From positions 1-17,694 of the forward strand of contig JBEKKX010000044.1 in NCBI GenBank assembly GCA_050010515.1: a DNA stretch of 17,694 nt, read 5' to 3'. This document shows, one piece after another, positions 7,797 through 17,368 of this stretch. This stretch comes from Candidatus Bathyarchaeia archaeon (GTDB lineage Archaea; Thermoproteota; Bathyarchaeia; Bathyarchaeales; Bathycorpusculaceae). Under the pieces are notes generated by a model. That model was not told where the DNA came from. It ran no database searches and worked only from the letters and a program-made list of their open reading frames with translations. How positions within the stretch are numbered: the first letter of the stretch is position 1; every line of letters starts with the position of its first letter. The translations under genes and the position numbers were made by a program.

Positions 7797-9038
7797 TTAT
7801 TTTCTGATTTGCCCACTGCCTAAAACAACGTATTTTGTTGTGGTTAAATGCTGAACGCTCATGGGTCCTCGTGCATGAAGTTTCTGGGTGCTGATGCCTA
7901 TTTCCGCGCCTAACCCGAACTGGTTGCCGTCAGTGAATCGTGTGGATGCGTTCCAGTAGACAGCGGCTGAATCTACTTCCCGTATGAAGCGCATGGCTTT
8001 GTCGAAGTCGGTTGTGAGGATGGAGTCTGAGTGTTTGGTGCCGTACTTGTTGATGTGCGCTATGGCTTCTTCTAGGTCTTTCACCACTTTGACGCCCATG
8101 ATTAAATCCAAGTATTCGGTGTACCAGTCCTGTTCAGTTGCAGGTTTCACGTCAGCAACAATTTTTCGGGTTTCTTCGTCGCCTCTAATTTCTACGCCTT
8201 CCTTTCGCAGAGCAGCAATCACAACGGGCAGGTAGCGCTCTGCAATTTTGCTGTTAACCAAGAGTTTTTCTGCGGCGTTACAGGTTCCTGGTCTTTGGCA
8301 TTTAGCGTTTATCACTATAGGTGTTGCTTTTTCTAAGTCAGCGTCGTCTTCAACATAAACATGGCAGTTGCCGGTTCCTGTTTCAATAACTGGAATGCGC
8401 GAAGTCTCAACCACAGTTTTGATTAAATCTGCGCCTCCGCGAGGAATAAGCACATCAATGTACTGTCGCATACGCATCAGTTCCTCCGCAACCTTGCGTT
8501 CAGGAGAATTCACCACTTGAACAGCGTCAACTGGAACATTTGTCCCCGCCAAAGCATCCCGCAGCACATCGCCGATGGCTACGTTCGAGTTTAAAGCGTC
8601 AGACCCGCCGCGAAGGATAACTGCGTTTCCAGATTTAATGCAAATTCCCGCGGCGTCAGAGGTTACGTCTGGGCGTGACTCGTAAATTACTCCTACAACA
8701 CCTAAAGGCACACGAACCTGGCTAATTATCAAGCCGTTCGGTCTTGTCCAGCTGCTTATAATTGTGCCAATCGGGTCGGCTAAGCCTGAAACTTCTCGGA
8801 GGCCGCGAGCCATGGCCTGTATTTTGCGTTGATCCAGTGCTAAGCGGTCAAGTAACGCTGATTTGAGCCCTTTGGCTTTGGCAGCTTCCACATCTGCTTT
8901 GTTTGCAGCCAAAATCTTATCAGCATCAGCCTCAAGAGCGTTCGCCATCCTGCAAAGCGCAGTGTTTTTTGCTTCCGTTGAAAGCTTCGCCATTTCAACT
9001 GAGGCAGCCTTTGCTTTCTTGCATATTTCAGTTATCAT
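7797..9038 (-). CDS. proA: gamma-glutamyl phosphate reductase (glutamate-5-semialdehyde dehydrogenase)
   Basis: VPLGVVGVIYESRP, CNAAE catalytic Cys, NASTRFTDG, GAEIGISTQKLHARGP. Confidence 0.98.
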   Translation of the reverse strand: MITEICKKAKAASVEMAKLSTEAKNTALCRMANALEADADKILAANKADVEAAKAKGLKSALLDRLALDQRKIQAMARGLREVSGLADPIGTIISSWTRPNGLIISQVRVPLGVVGVIYESRPDVTSDAAGICIKSGNAVILRGGSDALNSNVAIGDVLRDALAGTNVPVDAVQVVNSPERKVAEELMRMRQYIDVLIPRGGADLIKTVVETSRIPVIETGTGNCHVYVEDDADLEKATPIVINAKCQRPGTCNAAEKLLVNSKIAERYLPVVIAALRKEGVEIRGDEETRKIVADVKPATEQDWYTEYLDLIMGVKVVKDLEEAIAHINKYGTKHSDSILTTDFDKAMRFIREVDSAAVYWNASTRFTDGNQFGLGAEIGISTQKLHARGPMSVQHLTTTKYVVLGSGQIRK

Positions 9039-10165
9039 TTTTCTTCCTCAATTAAGTGTATATTTCTATGTTCAATAACTTCTTTAGGCTTATCGGAACC
9101 AAGCGCCTTTTGTACTTCTATTATTTGTAATCCTTTAATCAGGTTCAACTCGCCACTGGTATAATTCGGCTTGCCCTTTGCAAACTCAACCTTGTTTTCG
9201 TCAACAATACTTACTACGTCGCCAACGTTAAAGTGCCCCACAACCCGTATTATGCCAACAGGTAACAAGCTTGAACCTTCCACTATAGCTTTCTTGGCGC
9301 CCTCGTTTACGTGGATTTGGCCTTTAACTGCGGCTCCGTACGCAATCCAGCGTTCTATCGCAGGCATTGGATTCTGAGGTTTAAAGAAGGTGCCTACGTC
9401 TTTTCCCGCAAGAATGTCAAGTAACACATTTTCTCTTCTGCTTTTCGCTATTACTACTGGAATTCCGCATGAAGTGGCAATTTCAGCAGCTTTAATTTTG
9501 CTTTGGATTCCGCCTCTGCCCAATTTGCTCTTTCCGTTAAGCGAATCCTTCAATTCAGGCGTTATGGCGTCTACGGTTTTTATTAATTGTGCGCCAGGTT
9601 CTTGAGGGTCAGCGGTGTATAAGCCGTCAACATCTGACAGGATTATAATCATGTCTGCGCCAATTGCGCTTGCGACAAGAACTGAGAGGATGTCGTTGTC
9701 GCTGAAGTTTACTTTGTAGCCTTCCTTTAGTCTAAGTTCATCTACCGATGTCACATCATTTTCGTTAATTATTGGAATAACGCCTGTTTTCAGAAGCATC
9801 CTTAACACGTTACAGGTGTGCACGTAAGATGCCCGATTGGAAAGGTCTTCCGCGGTAAGCAGAATTTGCGCAACCTTTAATCCATGCGCCTTGAAGAGTT
9901 CACGATATTTCGCCATTAGCACACTCTGGCCTGTTGCAGCCGCAGCCTGTTGAAACACTACATCATTAGGTTTCGGCGGTATACCAAGTTCCGCTATTCC
10001 CGCTGCTACTGCTCCTGACGTTACGAGGACAACTCTGTCTCCTTGTTTGGTTGCGGCTGCTATTTGACTGGTTAATTTTTGCATTTCTTCCTCGTCAAGG
10101 TTCCCTTCGCTGGATGTTATGCCGCTTGTGCCAACCTTAACAACTATCAATCTTGAAGGCATCAC
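9035..10165 (-). CDS. proB: glutamate 5-kinase with C-terminal PUA domain
   Basis: VVKVGTS, VTSGAVAAG, PIINEND, FSDNDILS, LSDVDGLY and SLLPVGI (PUA). 4-bp overlap with proA. Confidence 0.98.
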   Translation of the reverse strand: MMPSRLIVVKVGTSGITSSEGNLDEEEMQKLTSQIAAATKQGDRVVLVTSGAVAAGIAELGIPPKPNDVVFQQAAAATGQSVLMAKYRELFKAHGLKVAQILLTAEDLSNRASYVHTCNVLRMLLKTGVIPIINENDVTSVDELRLKEGYKVNFSDNDILSVLVASAIGADMIIILSDVDGLYTADPQEPGAQLIKTVDAITPELKDSLNGKSKLGRGGIQSKIKAAEIATSCGIPVVIAKSRRENVLLDILAGKDVGTFFKPQNPMPAIERWIAYGAAVKGQIHVNEGAKKAIVEGSSLLPVGIIRVVGHFNVGDVVSIVDENKVEFAKGKPNYTSGELNLIKGLQIIEVQKALGSDKPKEVIEHRNIHLIEEEK

Positions 10166-10297
10166 TTAATCACTTTTAAAGCAGACTTATTGAGTTATGT
10201 TCCAAACTTCCTTAAAAATGCAACCACATTGCAAAGACAAAATAGAATTTAGAACATATTAATTACGCGTTTATACAAAACTTTGCTCCAAATTTTA

Positions 10298-10312
10298 GGA
10301 AAAATATATAAG
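10298..10312 (+). promoter_or_regulatory. BRE/TATA-like promoter of hppA
   Basis: GGAAAAATATATAAG, ending about 25 nt before ATG 10337; this spacing fits a leaderless archaeal transcript. Confidence 0.5.
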
Positions 10313-10336
10313 CAATAGCGGCATCGGTTTTTCAAC

Positions 10337-12532
10337 ATGTTAATAAACTTACAACCCTTAGCCACATTAATGGTTAACTCCCCCATGGTATTTTGGCTCG
10401 CACCAATATCCGGCATAATCGCAGTAATCGCTTCACTTTTGCTTATGCGAAAAATAGGTAAAATGAGCCCAGGTGCACCAAAAGCAGTTGAAGTGGCCAA
10501 TGCAATCCGCGAAGGCGCTTACGCCTTCCTCAAAAGGCAATACCGCACAATAGCCATAATCACCGTCATCGTATTTGCCCTGTTGGCGGTTGCCCCCGGC
10601 TTCGGTTTAGGCACTGCCGCGGCATTCTTAGTGGGCGCCGTTGCTTCTTTGTCTGCAGGATACATAGCCATGGACAACGCCACCAAAGCAAACGTGCGCA
10701 CCGTGGCAGCCGCGAAAGAAAGCGGCGCAGAAAAAGCCCTCAAAACTGCTTTTTACGGCGGCGCAACGATGGGTATGGCGGTTGTGGGTTTATCTCTTTT
10801 GGGTGTAAGCTTTCTATTCTTGATTTACGGCGGCTACAACGCCATGTTTGGCACGCTGAGTGTCACTCAATCAGCAACCTTAGGCAGACAAGCTGCAAGT
10901 GGAATCGTAGGCATGGGTTTCGGAGCCTCATTGATTGCGTTGTTTGCCCAGCTTGGAGGCGGAATTTACACTAAAGCCGCCGACGTCGGGGCAGACCTTG
11001 TAGGCAAAATTGAAGCTGGTATACCTGAAGATGACGCACGCAACCCTGCAGTTATCGCCGATAACGTCGGAGACAATGTGGGTGACTCGGCAGGAAGAGG
11101 CGCAGACCTATTTGAATCTGCAACTGGAGAGAACATCGGCGGAATGATTATCGGCGGCTTAATTAGCATAGCCACTGGAAACCTCATATTCCTATTTTTC
11201 CCGCTTATTGCACGTTCTCTTGGTATCTTTGCAACATTAGTAGGTATGCCTTTCGTGAAGCTCAACGAAGCAGAAGCTAAGCATCCGATGAAAGCTCTAA
11301 GAAAAGGTCTCATGGTCACAACCATAGTTGCAGGCGTTTTGTTCTTGTTTGCCACGATCTTCCTGTTAGGTAATATCTACCTGTTCTTCTGCTTGCTCGC
11401 AGGTTTAGGGGCTAGCGTAGCTATAGACTACATTACAGATTACTACACTGGACGAGACCGAGGCCCAGTAATGAGGATAGCTAAAGCCAGCGAAACAGGA
11501 GCCGCAACCAACATCATCACAGGCTTCGCAGTAGGACTCGAAACAACAGCGTTGCCCATAATCTCACTAGTCACAGCGCTCATAGTGTCCTATTTCTTTG
11601 GGCTTCAATTTGCATACAGCTGGAATGCCAGTCACCCCCTCGCACAAATTACGCCCTTCATAGGCGGAATTTACGGAACTACTCTAGCCACAATGGGTAT
11701 GCTTGCAGTAATGGGCATGGTGCTAGCACTTGACGGCTTCGGACCAATCGCTGACAACGCAGCAGGCATAGCACAAATGTCGGGTGAAGGCGGAGCCGAA
11801 GAAACAATGGAAGCCTTAGATGCGGTCGGAAACACTACCAAAGCATTAACAAAAGGCTTCGCATTAGGTTCAGCTTTACTTGCAGCTCAACTGCTATTCC
11901 AAACATACGCTTCAGAGGTTTCTTCCCACTTCAATATCACCTTTACTGTGAACATCGCTGATCCTGTCATATTGGTCGCTGGCTTCATAGGTGCTATGAT
12001 ACCGTTCTTCTTCTCGTCGCAGGCAATCAGCGCTGTAGGAAAAGCAGCCGCCGAAATGGTTGAAGAAGTTAGACGGCAATTCAGAGAAATCCCTGGCATC
12101 ATGGATGGAACTGGCAAGCCTGAGTATGGCAAAGCCGTAGACATCAGCACAAAATCCGCTCTAAAAGGCATGGTAACTCCAGCACTGATCGTCTTGGTTG
12201 TTCCGTTAATCATTGGTGTTCTCTTGGGGCCTGAAGCTGTAGGCGCACTCGTAATCGGTGCAACTCTAACGGCAGTTCCGCTAGCTTTACTCATGAACAC
12301 TGGCGGAGGTGCATGGGACAACGCAAAGAAATACATTGAATCAGGACACTTCGGCGGTAAGGGTTCCCCCGCTCACGCAGCTGCCGTTGTAGGCGACACA
12401 GTCGGCGACCCAATGAAAGACACAGCAGGACCAAGCCTCCACGTAGTCATAAAACTTCTCAGCACGTTGTCAATCGTCTTCATACCGCTGTTCATAAACG
12501 TGCTATCGCATTACCTACCCGCCCTCGTATAG
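10337..12532 (+). CDS. hppA: membrane-bound H+-translocating pyrophosphatase, K+-independent type
   Basis: GGGIYTKAADVGADLVGKIEAGIPEDDARNP, DNVGDNVGD and GDTVGDPMKD motifs. GNTTKA (Lys rather than Ala) is the established marker of K+-independent enzymes. Confidence 0.97.
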   Translation: MLINLQPLATLMVNSPMVFWLAPISGIIAVIASLLLMRKIGKMSPGAPKAVEVANAIREGAYAFLKRQYRTIAIITVIVFALLAVAPGFGLGTAAAFLVGAVASLSAGYIAMDNATKANVRTVAAAKESGAEKALKTAFYGGATMGMAVVGLSLLGVSFLFLIYGGYNAMFGTLSVTQSATLGRQAASGIVGMGFGASLIALFAQLGGGIYTKAADVGADLVGKIEAGIPEDDARNPAVIADNVGDNVGDSAGRGADLFESATGENIGGMIIGGLISIATGNLIFLFFPLIARSLGIFATLVGMPFVKLNEAEAKHPMKALRKGLMVTTIVAGVLFLFATIFLLGNIYLFFCLLAGLGASVAIDYITDYYTGRDRGPVMRIAKASETGAATNIITGFAVGLETTALPIISLVTALIVSYFFGLQFAYSWNASHPLAQITPFIGGIYGTTLATMGMLAVMGMVLALDGFGPIADNAAGIAQMSGEGGAEETMEALDAVGNTTKALTKGFALGSALLAAQLLFQTYASEVSSHFNITFTVNIADPVILVAGFIGAMIPFFFSSQAISAVGKAAAEMVEEVRRQFREIPGIMDGTGKPEYGKAVDISTKSALKGMVTPALIVLVVPLIIGVLLGPEAVGALVIGATLTAVPLALLMNTGGGAWDNAKKYIESGHFGGKGSPAHAAAVVGDTVGDPMKDTAGPSLHVVIKLLSTLSIVFIPLFINVLSHYLPALV

Positions 12533-12544
12533 TGCGCCAAACCT

Positions 12545-12575
12545 GGGGAGGCTTTTTCTTCCCATAACTTTTTTT
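12545..12575 (+). terminator. possible terminator after hppA
   Basis: GGGGAG...CTTCCC short stem followed by a T7 tract. Confidence 0.35.
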
Positions 12576-12634
12576 CGCGTTATAGTATGTTTTTATTTCT
12601 TGGTTTCGCAACTAGCTAAAGAGAAGTGTAGACT

Positions 12635-13726
12635 GTGAAGATCATTGAGAAGAATCTGCAGCAAGATTTCGTTAAAGTGGTTCCTGACTCGCCAGACGAC
12701 CTTTGGCACCTATACAACATCATCTATCGGGGCGACGAGGTTTACGCTTACAGTTCACGAGCCATAAAAAGTGACACTGAAACGTCGCGTCCGAAAAGTG
12801 CTGAGCGTGTTTCAGCCTTCATGGGCGTAAAAGTTGAGTCAGTTAGCTGGGATAAGTTTCTGGGTAAACTGCGGGTTCACGGGTTAATTTGTCATGCACC
12901 TGACATTATTCCTACTGGTGCCCATCACACGCTTAGCATAGCACTGAATCAACCGTTAACTATTGTGAAGAAAGAATGGCCCAAACATTTAGTGGACAGG
13001 CTTACAAGGGCAAGTGAAACTGAGAAGCCCATGCTGATAATCTCCATCGACGACGAAGGCTTCGCCATTGCAGAAACCAAACAATACGGTGTAGAAATCA
13101 AAGTTGAAGAACGCACGAAACTGCCCGGAAAGCTCGAAGCAGACAAACGTGTCGAAGCTACAAAAGCATATTTCCGGCGTGCACTCAACAGCCTAAACCA
13201 ACTTTGGAGTCAAAATCACAGTCCAATCGTTGTTATCGGCGCAGGTTTTGTTAAGAACGATTTTGCAAGATACCTCTCTGAAGAAGCCAGGGAAATGTTC
13301 AAGGCAGTTGCGGATGTGAAAAGCGTTAACAATGGCGGCACAGCAGGAATCTACGAGGCTTTGCGTTCTAGCGTTTTGTTGCGTGCGGCAAATCAACTGC
13401 GTATTGTCGAGGAAGCAGAAACTATTGAAGAAGTTATGAAACGGTTAGGCAAAGGTGAAGGAACAGTCACGTACGGGTTAGACGCGGTGGAAAATGCCGC
13501 TCAAATGGGCGCTATTGAAAAGCTGGTTCTTGCCGACGTAACGCTTCGTGATGCAGACGAGCAACAAAGGTTGAAGCTTGAGGAGCTTATGAGGGAAGCG
13601 GAAAAGCGCGGTGCGAACGTAACTGTAATCAGCACAGAGCATGAAGCAGGTGCAAAACTGTTAGCTTTAGGCGGAATCGCCGCTTTACTACGTTTCCCAA
13701 TCTACCGAGATACAACAACGAAATAA
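12635..13726 (+). CDS. pelA: mRNA surveillance / ribosome rescue protein Pelota (aDom34)
   Basis: DDLWHLYNII, GAHHTL, GAGFVK and STEHEAGAKLLALGGIAALLRFPI motifs. Confidence 0.97.
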   Translation: MKIIEKNLQQDFVKVVPDSPDDLWHLYNIIYRGDEVYAYSSRAIKSDTETSRPKSAERVSAFMGVKVESVSWDKFLGKLRVHGLICHAPDIIPTGAHHTLSIALNQPLTIVKKEWPKHLVDRLTRASETEKPMLIISIDDEGFAIAETKQYGVEIKVEERTKLPGKLEADKRVEATKAYFRRALNSLNQLWSQNHSPIVVIGAGFVKNDFARYLSEEAREMFKAVADVKSVNNGGTAGIYEALRSSVLLRAANQLRIVEEAETIEEVMKRLGKGEGTVTYGLDAVENAAQMGAIEKLVLADVTLRDADEQQRLKLEELMREAEKRGANVTVISTEHEAGAKLLALGGIAALLRFPIYRDTTTK

Positions 13727-13856
13727 ATCTTAAACCTAAGTTTTGGATCTAAAAACTGCTTACGAGCATTTTCAGATGATTAGCGGTTGGGTGCTCTTTA
13801 TATAGATGCTTTATATACCCCCTGCGTTATTTAAATACTCAAGCGCGTGAATTGAC

Positions 13857-14426
13857 ATGAGTAAACGAAAACCAATCATTAAGATACAAAACATTGTAGC
13901 TTCCGTATCGCTTAACCAGAAAATCGACTTACAAAAAATCGTAGAAAAATTTCCCCAAACTGAGTATAACCCAAGCGTGTTTCCAGGTTTAGTTTTCAGA
14001 CTTAAAAAACCGAAAACAGCCACCTTAATTTTTGGCACTGGCAAAATGGTTTGCACAGGCGCTAAATCAGAAAAAGAATCCCGAAGCGCCGTGGAAAAAG
14101 TCGTTAAAGAACTGCGAGGCGAAGGAATCCAAATCACAGAAAAACCCATCGTAAACATTCAAAACATTGTTGCTTCAGCAGAACTTGGCGGCGAAATCGA
14201 CCTTGAAAGCCTCGTTTACAAACTCAGTAAAGTCATGTATGAGCCTGAACAGTTCCCAGGCGCAGTTTATCGTATGGATGAACCAAAAGTAGTATTCCTA
14301 ATATTCTCAGCTGGAAAACTCGTTTGCGTAGGAGCCAAAAAAGAAGAGCAAGTTTACGAAGCCGTCGACAAAATCCAACTGCTACTCGAAGAAAAAGAAC
14401 TCATCTACTACCCCGCTCCCCCTTAA
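13857..14426 (+). CDS. tbp: TATA-box-binding protein
   Basis: Two internal repeats: IQNIVAS...YNPSVFPGLVFR...LIFGTGKMVCTGAK and IQNIVAS...YEPEQFPGAVYR...LIFSAGKLVCVGAK. Confidence 0.98.
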   Translation: MSKRKPIIKIQNIVASVSLNQKIDLQKIVEKFPQTEYNPSVFPGLVFRLKKPKTATLIFGTGKMVCTGAKSEKESRSAVEKVVKELRGEGIQITEKPIVNIQNIVASAELGGEIDLESLVYKLSKVMYEPEQFPGAVYRMDEPKVVFLIFSAGKLVCVGAKKEEQVYEAVDKIQLLLEEKELIYYPAPP

Positions 14427-14428
14427 AC

Positions 14429-15133
14429 CTATTTTTTCATTCTTCTACGAACCGCAGGATTCAAGTCTGAGAGCTTTTTGAGCGCCAATTCAAAGGTTTC
14501 GTCTGGAGCCAATTCCTTTTTAACGAAAACTCCCGTTCTGCCCACTGTATCGCGCTTCAGAAGCGTATGAACCCTGTCCAGCACGGTTTCAGCGGATATA
14601 CCCAAAATTTTAGCGGCAAAATCTTCTCTGCCAATGATGCTGCTCTCTACATGACCTTTATCGGTTGGTTCAATAAGCATAAGCCGTTTGTCCACGCCTG
14701 AGACCCGAACGCCTGTTTTAAGCTGGTTAAGGTTGGTTTCCCCACCGAATTTGTAAAATTCCCTCTCTACCCTGCGCATCTGCATCAGCGGAAACGAAAC
14801 AGTGATTTGCTCGTTAACTTCAATGTGTGCTTTCATAGCGTAATTCGGGGTGGCTTGAACAATTAAACGGGCATTAACCGGTATGCGTGCTTTTTCTATG
14901 GCGGTTTCTACAAGGAAACTATTCTGCACCTCCGCAATGAAAACATCGATGTCGCTGGTCTTGTGAACGTCTCCTCTGGCTATGCTTCCATGCACGATTG
15001 ACTGCAAATGAAACGCGTCTAAGGCAACCATAATTTCTGCTGCTTTGGTTCTGAGCTCAGTTAGCAGCGTCCAGCGTGCACTATTGTATGTTACTTCCTT
15101 GTAATCTGCATGTTTTGTTGGCTTAACAGCCAT
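14429..15133 (-). CDS. predicted nucleotidyltransferase (Pol-beta superfamily, conserved archaeal type)
   Basis: HGSIARGDVHKTSDIDV signature (GS...DxD); C-terminal GVDKRL and GRTGVF. Confidence 0.88.
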   Translation of the reverse strand: MAVKPTKHADYKEVTYNSARWTLLTELRTKAAEIMVALDAFHLQSIVHGSIARGDVHKTSDIDVFIAEVQNSFLVETAIEKARIPVNARLIVQATPNYAMKAHIEVNEQITVSFPLMQMRRVEREFYKFGGETNLNQLKTGVRVSGVDKRLMLIEPTDKGHVESSIIGREDFAAKILGISAETVLDRVHTLLKRDTVGRTGVFVKKELAPDETFELALKKLSDLNPAVRRRMKK

Positions 15134-15219
15134 TTTATCCAGCCATTTAAGGAGTTAATGCGGCATTGTTTATTTAGTTTTAAAGGACAATTTTACAACA
15201 AATAAGACACTTTTTGACA

Positions 15220-15393
15220 TTACTTAGGTTTCCTAAAGATTTTAATTCCGTCTATCTCAGCGAAAAAGCTCCAACCATCTTCAGCAAGTTTGCATATTTC
15301 TTCTACTGTCTTAGCTGTTGCAGAATAGTATTCTTCATCGCGAAACACTACTAACCGAGCTATTCCTATGGTAGCATGCACCTCGCGTTTGTG
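15220..15393 (-). pseudogene. short ORF resembling the C-terminal tail of Bathyarchaeia-type tyrosine recombinases
   Basis: Reads HKREVHATIGIARLVVFRDEEYYSATAKTVEEICKLAEDGWSFFAEIDGIKIFRKPK. The AKTVEE..KL.E.G....E.DG.K.FRK.K pattern matches my recollection of these integrase tails. No catalytic domain upstream; not database-verified. Confidence 0.55.
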
Positions 15394-15722
15394 ATTATAG
15401 ATTGCACCGGATTCCTTAAAGACTGATAATATTTACCAAATTCGCTTTCCACTCTAACTATCATCGCCTAACTATTCGGCTATAAAAATTCTCAATGACT
15501 TTTTGTCCTTCTAAGTGTTCTTGGCCCTTAATGCTAATCCGCTCTGGGTGGAATTGGACACCATAAAATGGTTTCTTTTTATGTTTAACAGCCATGCGCG
15601 CTTAATTACCGTCTGCCTTTATAGACGCTAATGTGAGATGTCGTTATTTTTTCGCAATATTACAGTAGCTATGCTTGATAACTACCCTGCTTAGGTTGAG
15701 GAGGTTGATTGGAACTTTATTT

Positions 15723-16421
15723 TCAAACGTTTTCTTTAGCTTCTATGTCTGTGAAGCTATGAAGTGTTGATTCGTGGATCCATGAGTCAGGGTTTTTATA
15801 TTTGAATGTTGGTGCCATGGTTCTGAGTCTTTCTGATTCTTTTGCTTCAAAGCAATATATGATTTCGATGAGGGTTTCTCGGTGTTTTTGTTTTTGCTCT
15901 ATGAAGGTTTCAAAGATCTTCTTGAAATTGCGCTCGCGCAAGTTTAATGCTAACTTTGAAAATTCATCGGCTATATTTATAATTGAGGGGGATTGCAGGT
16001 AATTGGTGTATACTTCGCTGAGTTGATCCTCTATGTTAGTTAATTCTTTTAGTATTTCGCATGAAATCTCGTAATTTAGGTTGTTAGTTTTGGTTACTCT
16101 TTTGGTAAACTTGGAAATATTGTTCGCTATTTCTGTCAGGTTCTTTTTGCAGTTCATGTTTTCTGTTTCAGGTAGGTCAATGTAATCAAGTATTCCCTGA
16201 ATGATTTTTGCGCATTTTAGGCTGTCATATGCTAAGCCTAGAATAAAGCTGCTTTCAGGAGGGTTGATTTTCTTGGATAACGCTTCATAAAGTCTAAAAG
16301 CTTCGGTTTCTATGTTGTTTAAGCATTTTAAAGACTGTGTGCTTTCTTGTAATTTTTCAACCATTTTATTGCCCCCTATTAAGCTTGTGTATTGAGTATT
16401 AATAAATATTATTGGTTTCAT
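15723..16421 (-). CDS. hypothetical protein, probable ferritin/rubrerythrin-like four-helix bundle
   Basis: Two helix-pair repeats (IETEAFRLY...DSLKC; IEDQLSEVY...QKQKH). The start is probably ATG 16364, after GGGGG. Confidence 0.65.
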   Translation of the reverse strand: MKPIIFINTQYTSLIGGNKMVEKLQESTQSLKCLNNIETEAFRLYEALSKKINPPESSFILGLAYDSLKCAKIIQGILDYIDLPETENMNCKKNLTEIANNISKFTKRVTKTNNLNYEISCEILKELTNIEDQLSEVYTNYLQSPSIINIADEFSKLALNLRERNFKKIFETFIEQKQKHRETLIEIIYCFEAKESERLRTMAPTFKYKNPDSWIHESTLHSFTDIEAKENV

Positions 16422-16670
16422 CTTTTACTGTGCCTCTGTTGAGCACATGTACAATTTGTCAATTGAGACTTGAACCCATTTGGCGCGCATGGCTGTTCCT
16501 AAAATGGTGAAAAATGGTTTTAAGTCTGATTCTCAGTTTAGGATCACTTTTCGAGGCATGAGACTAGAATGGAAAACAGGAGCTGTCTGGAAAGACAAAA
16601 CAAGAATAAATACCATTTTTGACCAATATCGGAACAAGCATGCGCGCAATGTTTCTAAGTTTATAAAAAA

Positions 16671-17035
16671 TTACATGCTCATTTTTCCAAGCATGCATTC
16701 AATAATATCTTTGCAAACGATGCATTCGTCAGGAATTTGTTTTTTCTGTTTTTGTTCACTTAAGTAGCCAAGGTGGTAGTGGCAGGAGGGTGGTATTTCT
16801 TTATTTCTAGTTGGCTTTTCTGCAGGAAGAACTGTTTCAACTTGTGTGCTTTCGGGCTTATTATCAGTCTCTATTTGGGCTTCAGTTATTTTTGTTAAAC
16901 AATATGGGCAGGCAACATATGGCTCTGCCGAATCTTGCTGTAAATTTGTGGTCTTAAGTGGCGTAGTGAAAACTTTCCTACATGAAGGATTCGGGCAAGT
17001 AAACGTTCTTTTTCCCTCTATTTTCTTTTAACCAA
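16671..17035 (-). pseudogene. Cys-rich zinc-binding protein, paralog of 344-973, frameshifted just after its TTG start
   Basis: Open frame KKIEGKRTFTCPNPSCRKVF...ACPYC...SCHYHLGYLSEQ...IPDECIVCKDIIECML. TTG at 17035 is out of frame by one base; adding one A to the A4 run restores it. Confidence 0.8.
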
Positions 17036-17243
17036 CGATAGACTCTCTTCTTTATGGTGTTTACTGGTTTATAGCGTTAATGAATCTGAAATAAAGATGC
17101 TGACTATTCTACGTTGTACCCCTTGGGCTGGCAAGGTGGCGGGGAATCTAAATATTGACAATATTGTGTATTGAATCATAATATTTAAAAAGTAGATGAG
17201 TGAAATGTATTCAATAAAACCGAAGAAGAGTTGGAAGAGCAAA

Positions 17244-17363
17244 ATGAACTTTAGAAAATTTAGGAAAAACGCAAAAGCCCTAAGCCCCGTAACCGCAACA
17301 ATCATACTCATCGCCTTCAACACCGCAATCATCGTTGCAGCGCGGGCTCTCTGGGAGGCATAA
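17244..17363 (+). pseudogene. truncated archaeal type IV pilin/archaellin-like ORF (class III signal peptide and N-helix only, 39 aa)
   Basis: MNFRKFRKNAKA/LSPVTATIILIAFNTAIIVAARALWEA: basic leader, KA-LSPV cleavage motif and hydrophobic helix, then a stop. Confidence 0.7.
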
Positions 17364-17368
17364 AAAAA

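Noticed and set aside
13723-13737. ATAAATCTTAAACCT, 13/15 match to one arm of the module repeat
   Set aside because: The second arm is absent; it is AT-rich and overlaps the pelota stop.
6796-14158. Antisense ORFs over cdvB, proA, proB, hppA, pelota and tbp
   Set aside because: Shadow frames of well-supported genes.
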